Of a stretch of DNA of 40,485 nucleotides, positions 35,252 through 40,485 are shown piece after piece. Within the stretch, counting starts at the first letter, position 1; each line of letters begins with the position of its first letter. The notes under the pieces are model-generated. The model searched no databases and was not told the DNA's origin. It saw only the letters and a list, made by a program, of their open reading frames with translations. The DNA lies in IMG/VR virus record IMGVR_UViG_3300032321_001059, positions 1 through 40,485 of that record, one strand, 5' to 3'. The translations under genes were made by a program, and so were the position numbers. The DNA comes from a virus. Lineage: Duplodnaviria > Caudoviricetes.

Positions 35252-35475
35252 AGCGGCTCCTCCACGGCGAGCAGGGCTTCGTGCTTCTCGTCGCTCACGT
35301 CGGGCGAGAGCGCCGCGCACCGGCCGAGGATGAGCTTGAGCCGGTTGACGCGCTTAAGCAGCTCGCGCTTTTCGGCCTGCAGATTGGCGACCTCGGCGCG
35401 GCAGAACTCCGGCTCCGCGGGGGAGCCGAAGTTGCTGCCGAAGCCGACTGAGCCGACAACTAGGTCAGGGTTCAT
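35248..35475 (-). CDS. Hypothetical protein (75 aa)
   Basis: ATGA overlap; coiled-coil character. Confidence 0.55.
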   Translation of the reverse strand: MNPDLVVGSVGFGSNFGSPAEPEFCRAEVANLQAEKRELLKRVNRLKLILGRCAALSPDVSDEKHEALLAVEEPL

Positions 35476-35648
35476 TTGTTAGCCCTCCCTTGCGCTTCGG
35501 CAAGCTGCTCGATGACTGCGTTGAGCAGCATTTGGAGCGCGTCGAGCGTGGCCTTCGCCTCGGCGACGGACGCCTCGATGGCTTTGTGGTTGATGGTGTA
35601 TTCAGCCATGGGCTGAACCGACTTGGTTTTAGCTGGGCGCTTTTTCAT
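35472..35648 (-). CDS. Hypothetical protein (58 aa), absent from the ORF track
   Basis: MKKRPAKTKSVQPMAEY...; read manually. Confidence 0.55.
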   Translation of the reverse strand: MKKRPAKTKSVQPMAEYTINHKAIEASVAEAKATLDALQMLLNAVIEQLAEAQGRANK

Positions 35649-35700
35649 GTGTGGGGGAAATACTAAAGGGAGGGGTGGGACAAGGGCTGTCCTATGCCTG

Positions 35701-35865
35701 TCATTTGTCTAATCCGTTTTCAATTACTGGTTCGGGTGGCTGACATTGTGTGACACCTTGATACGATTTTAAGAGCTTGTCGATATAATCGTCGCGTGAC
35801 AAATCGCCCCTTTCCGCGTCGATCAGCAGGGCGGTCTCTTCGTCAATTTGGATCGTTTTTCTCAT
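35701..35865 (-). CDS. RHH-like DNA-binding protein (54 aa), absent from the ORF track
   Basis: MRKTIQIDEETALLIDAERGDLSRDDYIDKLL beta-alpha-alpha pattern. Confidence 0.6.
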   Translation of the reverse strand: MRKTIQIDEETALLIDAERGDLSRDDYIDKLLKSYQGVTQCQPPEPVIENGLDK

Positions 35866-36031
35866 TGGTTCTTCGCTCTATTCGCTTTTTCTCGGCCGCG
35901 ATAAGCGTCCGTACAAAGGTTGAAAAGTCATTTATGCCGCGCCGGTGCGCCTCGGCCATGGCCCAAGCGTGCAGCTCCCGCCCCACCGTGATGGTCGCAC
36001 GGCGAATGTTTGCGGCTCGCATGTTTGGCAT
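35843..36031 (-). CDS. RHH-like DNA-binding protein (62 aa)
   Basis: RRATITV...ELHAWAMAEAHRRGINDFSTFVRTLI. Confidence 0.65.
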   Translation of the reverse strand: MPNMRAANIRRATITVGRELHAWAMAEAHRRGINDFSTFVRTLIAAEKKRIERRTNEKNDPN

Positions 36032-36069
36032 TGCTTAAATGTTGCACGCGCAGGAGGAAAATTCAGCAT

Positions 36070-36507
36070 TTATTGGCCAGTGGTTTTAGATTCTGCGATG
36101 GCATCGAGCAGTTCCCAGTTACTGGGTTTCCGGTGTCGTTCGGGGGAGTAACGAACCTTCTTGCGACCCTTGAGGTCTTCGAGCGTCCAAAGGACAAACT
36201 GATTTCGATCCGGCAGGTAAGCGGCAAGGATGTCAAAGTCGCCCTGCCGGTAAGCCGTCTTGTTTACGCCACCTCGTCCGACATTTATGGAATACTCACC
36301 GCGAACGCCGTCGAAGTAAGCGGTCTTAACCTGCACCATGAGCGGGCGCTGACCCGCCCTCACAATGCACAGGTCGGCTGTCTGCGAGTGTCCGCGCGGA
36401 GCAAAAATCTCAAAGTCGCGGACCATGGCGCCGACCGCAAACAGTTGCTCGGATATCTCGCCCTTGCGGCACGCCGACAAGTCAAACTCGGCCATCTGGG
36501 TTATCAC
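36070..36507 (-). CDS. PD-(D/E)XK endonuclease (PDDEXK_5/homing-like)
   Basis: KGEISE...TADL...VQVKT...Y...DFDILAAY. Confidence 0.75.
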   Translation of the reverse strand: MITQMAEFDLSACRKGEISEQLFAVGAMVRDFEIFAPRGHSQTADLCIVRAGQRPLMVQVKTAYFDGVRGEYSINVGRGGVNKTAYRQGDFDILAAYLPDRNQFVLWTLEDLKGRKKVRYSPERHRKPSNWELLDAIAESKTTGQ

Positions 36508-37352
36508 GCTGCCACCTCCATGCGAACGCGCTGCAGGCTGCGCTCTAGGGCGCTGGGGCCGGACGTCTGCTGCGGCAGGGGCTGCGGGTTATGCACGCCC
36601 CCGCGCTTGTCGCGGTATTTGTCGGTGTAGGGCTTAACGTAAGCACAGGCGATGGCGGTCTTGATCGCCTCGACGGCTTGCCACTCGTTCACGGTCGCCA
36701 GCTCGTCCAAGATGATCTTGGCGGCGCGGAGCGTCATGGGAGCGTTCCGCCCGCGGACCTTGCCGGTGCGAAATTCGCAAAACTCGCCCCACCATTTGTG
36801 GAAGCCGGAGCCGGAGTGGGGCAGGGGAAGCGAATCGGGGCCGACAACCTCGACCGGAACCTTGGCCTTGCGCGGTTTGGATTCGGGGGCGCCGGTTGCT
36901 GCTTCGTCCTTTTTGGGAGGATGCGAAGGCGACGAAGTCGCCGGAGTGTCACCTCCTATATGTTTCTTTATGTTACTTATAGTTGGGGTCTCATCCTGAC
37001 ACCACTTGGGTCTCATCCTGACACTACTTGGGTCGCAGGATGAGACCGGTCTCAATCTGAGACCCATCTCGGAAGACAGTCCGGCAATCCTCCAAACCGT
37101 GGCCTCTGCGCCGTTTCCGGCAATGCGCCGGTGGCCCTTCTCGACCATGACAAGGTCGCCGGAATCCTGCAGGCGGCGCAGGCAGCGGGCGACCGTAGCG
37201 CGGGACAGGCGGGTCTTCTGCTCTAGCTTGCCCCAAGATCCAAAACAGTTGCCATTCTCATCCGCAAAGTCAGCCAGCGCGAGCAGCACCAGCCGGTCGG
37301 CGCCTTCCGCCTCGCTCTTCTCCCAGACGTAAGAGGTCGCGGCGACGCTCAT
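36504..37352 (-). CDS. Phage replication initiator with N-terminal HTH
   Basis: RLVLLALADFADENG...LSRATVARCLRRL; internal iterons; WWGEFCEFR C-terminal domain. Confidence 0.8.
   Translation of the reverse strand: MSVAATSYVWEKSEAEGADRLVLLALADFADENGNCFGSWGKLEQKTRLSRATVARCLRRLQDSGDLVMVEKGHRRIAGNGAEATVWRIAGLSSEMGLRLRPVSSCDPSSVRMRPKWCQDETPTISNIKKHIGGDTPATSSPSHPPKKDEAATGAPESKPRKAKVPVEVVGPDSLPLPHSGSGFHKWWGEFCEFRTGKVRGRNAPMTLRAAKIILDELATVNEWQAVEAIKTAIACAYVKPYTDKYRDKRGGVHNPQPLPQQTSGPSALERSLQRVRMEVAA
36955..37064. repeat. Probable replication origin: iterons plus AT-rich segment
   Basis: GGTCTCATCCTG at 36987 and 37009 (22-bp period), inverted at 37036-37047, variant at 37048; AT-rich 36957-36982. 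Confidence 0.75.
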
Positions 37353-37825
37353 TGTGCCCTCCTGAGGCGGTTGCGCTTGCTGATATCCGAGGACTCAAAC
37401 TGCAAGACACCCTCCGTCGTGGCCATGCCGGTGTATTTGCACCTGAGCGTGTCGAAGGGCGGGCAGACCGGCTTCCAAGACTCCGCGTCCTTCACCCAGC
37501 AGATGGCGCGCTCGGACCAGTTGGGGATACCTTCAATGTAAAGCATCCGCGCGTTCCGCGGGGTCTGGGCTTTGCAGAGTTTCACGTTGGCGAACTCGTC
37601 GCCCTGCTCGATGCCAACCTGCCGCGCGGTTTCCTCGGCCAGCTCCTTGGCTGACTTGGGGGCGGCGACTAGGTTGGTCTCCGGCTTCGGCTCCGCGGCC
37701 GTCACCGGATCGACCGGCGGGGCGGCTACCGGTTCAGACACCGGATCGGGACCGGATACCGGCTTGGGGGCGGGCTGGGGTTGCGGCTTGAAGAGGACTT
37801 TGGCTTTTTCGATGAGGTTTTGCAT
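37349..37825 (-). CDS. Hypothetical protein with Pro-rich N-terminus (158 aa)
   Basis: ATGA overlap with the initiator. Confidence 0.65.
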   Translation of the reverse strand: MQNLIEKAKVLFKPQPQPAPKPVSGPDPVSEPVAAPPVDPVTAAEPKPETNLVAAPKSAKELAEETARQVGIEQGDEFANVKLCKAQTPRNARMLYIEGIPNWSERAICWVKDAESWKPVCPPFDTLRCKYTGMATTEGVLQFESSDISKRNRLRRAQ

Positions 37826-37977
37826 GGGTGTTTTTGTGAAAAATTTTGCGGCGGGTTACCGGTCGGGGGTTTGCGAAGAAAAGATCAACTCGGACCCCCT
37901 CCCCCCCTGTCTACAGAGGAATGTGCGAGGGGTTGATCAGTGATCTCTCCACTATACATTTGTATCATAGTATTGTG

Positions 37978-38595
37978 TTATAGCGTAAGTCGTTGAACAT
38001 CAGCATCGATAATCTCGGGCTGTGGCACCGAATTGACCGGCGGGAGGGCGGAAGCGGTCTTTTGGGGCATGTCTCCGGCCACCTCGACCGGTTCCCACGC
38101 CACATCCACCACATCGCCACGCTGCTTGAGACCCTGCACGAAGCTCTCCCACGCTTCGGCTGCCGGTGCGACCACATGCTCGACTCGGTGAGTGGGTCCG
38201 CCTGAGAGCAGCTCGGCCTTCTCGGTCGCCACTGCCGACATAATGACCAGACCGTGGTCTTTCATATCCGGCACACGATCAAGCAATTCGGCGGTGCCCA
38301 CGGCTGCGAGCGTCTTCCAATTGTTGGCTGCCGTCTGGCGTGCCTTCTCCAGCGCTTCCGGCCTGTTGCGGATCAGGGCGATGATCGTGTGGTAGCTGGT
38401 GTTGAAAGCGCGTGCGATGCGTGTGGCGGGCGTACCGGCGACGTGAGCGGCGAGGATCTCCGCGGCCTTGGCCGGTGGGACGTCTTCTCCGGTGTGTCCT
38501 TGGACGCTCACGATGGTGCGTCCGTCTTCTGCCTCGATGAGCTTCGTGCTCTTCGCTGTGCCGCGTGGCTTGCTGCGTGTCTTAGGTCTTCCCAT
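37978..38595 (-). CDS. HTH protein, candidate terminase small subunit
   Basis: TRIARAFNTSYHTI HTH; helical core; EKAELLSGGPTHRVE C-terminal motif. Confidence 0.55.
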   Translation of the reverse strand: MGRPKTRSKPRGTAKSTKLIEAEDGRTIVSVQGHTGEDVPPAKAAEILAAHVAGTPATRIARAFNTSYHTIIALIRNRPEALEKARQTAANNWKTLAAVGTAELLDRVPDMKDHGLVIMSAVATEKAELLSGGPTHRVEHVVAPAAEAWESFVQGLKQRGDVVDVAWEPVEVAGDMPQKTASALPPVNSVPQPEIIDADVQRLTL

Positions 38596-38597
38596 GG

Positions 38598-38930
38598 TTA
38601 TTTCGCTCCTCCTACCCTTCCGCCCAATAAAAGCGCCTCCTGCTTGATTTTAGCCGGTGCGTTCTGCGCTGAGATGTCGCGCAAAATCTTGGTCAGACCC
38701 CTAATCACGCTCTTGGCCTTGGCCGCGGTGCAGTCCATTGCCCACAGCGTCAGGTGACCGCCCATGATGGCGTATCCGAAGCGCCTCGCGCCCTTGATGC
38801 GACGCAGGGCGGTGGACAGCTCCTGCACGCGGCTCTGGATCACCCAGCGCTTGCCGGTCGTGTTCCAGTAGCACAGCGCCGCGGGAAAGCGCGTCAGGCC
38901 GGTCTTCGGGTTGACGCTGTTCGTCGTCAC
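38598..38930 (-). CDS. Hypothetical protein (110 aa)
   Basis: GAGGAGG SD and GTG start. Confidence 0.55.
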   Translation of the reverse strand: MTTNSVNPKTGLTRFPAALCYWNTTGKRWVIQSRVQELSTALRRIKGARRFGYAIMGGHLTLWAMDCTAAKAKSVIRGLTKILRDISAQNAPAKIKQEALLLGGRVGGAK

Positions 38931-39049
38931 TCCGCGTCCTCCTCGCGTCCGCACCGGATGGCCCAGAGGAACATGAAGCCGTACGCCGCTAGGGCGCCGA
39001 CCGGCATACCCGCGGCGAAGCCGATGAAGATGAATCCGAGGTCAGCCAC
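38927..39049 (-). CDS. Small membrane protein (40 aa)
   Basis: Read manually; hydrophobic; overlapping stop/start. Confidence 0.45.
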   Translation of the reverse strand: MADLGFIFIGFAAGMPVGALAAYGFMFLWAIRCGREEDAE

Positions 39050-39129
39050 GGTGCCGCTTCCTCCAGATGCGCTGCGCGATGACTAGCATGATGTGCGCAG
39101 GCACCGTTGGGGCGGCACCTCGATAGGTC

Positions 39130-39441
39130 TTAATTTTCTTTCCGGTATTCATGTGGGGTTAGGCGTTGGTATCTTTGGGCAAAGAAGTAGCCGCGGATGA
39201 ATGCGTCGCGGTAGCCGTGCTGGCGTGACGCAGCGCGAGCCTCTCTCTCGGAGAGGTGTGTGGCCTTGCGACCGGCGCGAAAGGCGCGCGAGGCGCCGTC
39301 TACGAGGTCAACGAGCAGCTCAGTGCCGTCGCTGACTCGGTCCATGGCCATGGCGGCGTTCGAGCGCCAGCGTGAGCTGCTTTCGTACGTCTCAAGGCTG
39401 AATGCCTTAGCGCGGCGAGTGAGCTGGTGTGCGGTCGTCAC
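39130..39441 (-). CDS. Hypothetical protein (103 aa)
   Basis: GGAGG SD; GTGA overlap. Confidence 0.55.
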   Translation of the reverse strand: MTTAHQLTRRAKAFSLETYESSSRWRSNAAMAMDRVSDGTELLVDLVDGASRAFRAGRKATHLSEREARAASRQHGYRDAFIRGYFFAQRYQRLTPHEYRKEN

Positions 39442-39734
39442 GCTGCAACCTCCATGCGCTCCCGCCTTTCGCGCTGCATGTCGAACATCCGCTTGTACGC
39501 GCCCTTGGTCATCGCGCTCAGATTCATGTTGTCGTCGCGCAGTCCGTCATTTTCTTGGTGCAGCTCGGCGATCGTGTCCTTCAGCCGGATGGTCTCGCTC
39601 AGGTAGCTGTCCCGCGAGGCGCGCAGGCACCGGATGAGGTCATCCTTGTCGATCTTGTCGCGGTAGGCTGTGAGCTGGTGTTCTGTGTTGCGCAGTTGCG
39701 CTTCGAGCTGTTGAATGCGGTCGGCGTCGCTCAC
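39438..39734 (-). CDS. Coiled-coil hypothetical protein (98 aa)
   Basis: Heptad pattern; operonic. Confidence 0.6.
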   Translation of the reverse strand: MSDADRIQQLEAQLRNTEHQLTAYRDKIDKDDLIRCLRASRDSYLSETIRLKDTIAELHQENDGLRDDNMNLSAMTKGAYKRMFDMQRERRERMEVAA

Positions 39735-40039
39735 TACGCGCCCTCCGATTCATAGCTGTGCTTGTCCCAGCCGCGCTGCGCCTTGCACACGTCCGTGAAT
39801 GCCTTCTCCATGGCAACGCTCTGCGCGAGCATGCCCACGCTCATGGCGTTGACCATGGAGACGGCAAGGCGGCGCGCCTCGTTCCTTTCTTTGATCAACT
39901 TGAGTAGGGGAGATTCAAGCTGTGGCAGCGACTCGACCAAGTCAGCGACAACTGCCTCGACCACATCGGCGGCGCCAAGGCAGTCAAGGTTGCCGCACTC
40001 GCAGGTGTCGGCTTCGGGGGTGCGAATGAGGTCGATCAT
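39734..40039 (-). CDS. Hypothetical protein (101 aa)
   Basis: CECGNLDC motif; GGAGGA SD. Confidence 0.6.
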   Translation of the reverse strand: MIDLIRTPEADTCECGNLDCLGAADVVEAVVADLVESLPQLESPLLKLIKERNEARRLAVSMVNAMSVGMLAQSVAMEKAFTDVCKAQRGWDKHSYESEGA

Positions 40040-40167
40040 GACCGTCCTCCGATGCGGTTGATGGCTTCGAGGGCGACGAAGACAGCGAGCGTCAGTGCCA
40101 CGGCGGACATGAACGTGCTGTCGGTGAGGTAGCTCAGGGCTTCGAGCATGGTGGGTGTGTTTGTCAT
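40036..40167 (-). CDS. Small membrane protein (43 aa)
   Basis: MTNTPTMLEALSYL...; one TM segment. Confidence 0.5.
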   Translation of the reverse strand: MTNTPTMLEALSYLTDSTFMSAVALTLAVFVALEAINRIGGRS

Positions 40168-40171
40168 AAAG

Positions 40172-40369
40172 CTACTTGGTGCGTAGGGCGCGCTTGGTCA
40201 TGAAGGCTTCAAGCGCGCGGTGGGAGATGCGCGTCCCTCGTTGTCCGCCCACGCTGAACGCGGTGAGTTCTCCGGTGCGGATGAAGTCTTCGAGGACGGT
40301 GCGGCGGCAGCGGACGGCTTTGGCCGCTTCGGTTACGGTCAGGACAAGTGCGGGTGTGGTGGCTTGCAT
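40172..40369 (-). CDS. xis: Excisionase-like winged-helix (HTH_17) protein, 65 aa
   Basis: LTVTEAAKAVRCRRTVLEDFIRTGELTAFSVGG..TRISHRALEAF; first gene of the leftward operon. Confidence 0.8.
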   Translation of the reverse strand: MQATTPALVLTVTEAAKAVRCRRTVLEDFIRTGELTAFSVGGQRGTRISHRALEAFMTKRALRTK

Positions 40370-40485
40370 GTCCGCTGTTATCGGACAAGTGCGGACAAAT
40401 GGCAAGCGTGTTTTTCGGGGTGGCGCGTCATGGGGTGAAAACCCCATATGCAGCGTGTCGGTAGTTGTTGACTTGTTGTGGACGA
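40363..40485. repeat. Terminal direct repeat (copy 2)
   Basis: Identical to 1-123. Confidence 0.97.

Noticed and set aside
5223-35451. Numerous plus-strand ORFs in the ORF track
   Set aside because: Antisense shadows of high-GC minus-strand genes, with no recognisable motifs
1-40485. Alternative genetic code
   Set aside because: Hallmark genes are intact in the standard code and end with TAA, TAG and TGA

Overview
The window is an apparently complete circular genome of a temperate, podovirus-like tailed phage. Bases 1-123 are repeated exactly at 40363-40485, giving a unit length of 40,362 bp. The layout is: a divergent switch (leftward excisionase-like gene, rightward ribbon-helix-helix [RHH] regulator); a short plus-strand early region built from repeated promoter/leader cassettes; a tyrosine integrase with an attP carrying the 5' half of tRNA-Thr(UGU); and a long minus-strand arm. 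That arm holds a TerS-like gene, a replication initiator with internal iterons, two more RHH genes, DnaB, a resolvase, a T7-type SSB, an exonuclease, TerL, scaffold, capsid, portal, tail fibre, lysis genes, a tail nozzle and ejection proteins, ending in a 2310-aa polyvalent protein. The most notable unexplained structure is a set of GTCC/GGAC boxes spaced exactly 10 bp apart. They overlap at least six candidate promoters and also occur in attP, with orientation flipped between lytic-type and lysogen-type loci. This suggests an RHH- or Xis/Cox-based genome-wide switch that may also control the host tRNA restored by integration. All protein assignments come from motif recognition and synteny only; no database searches were run.
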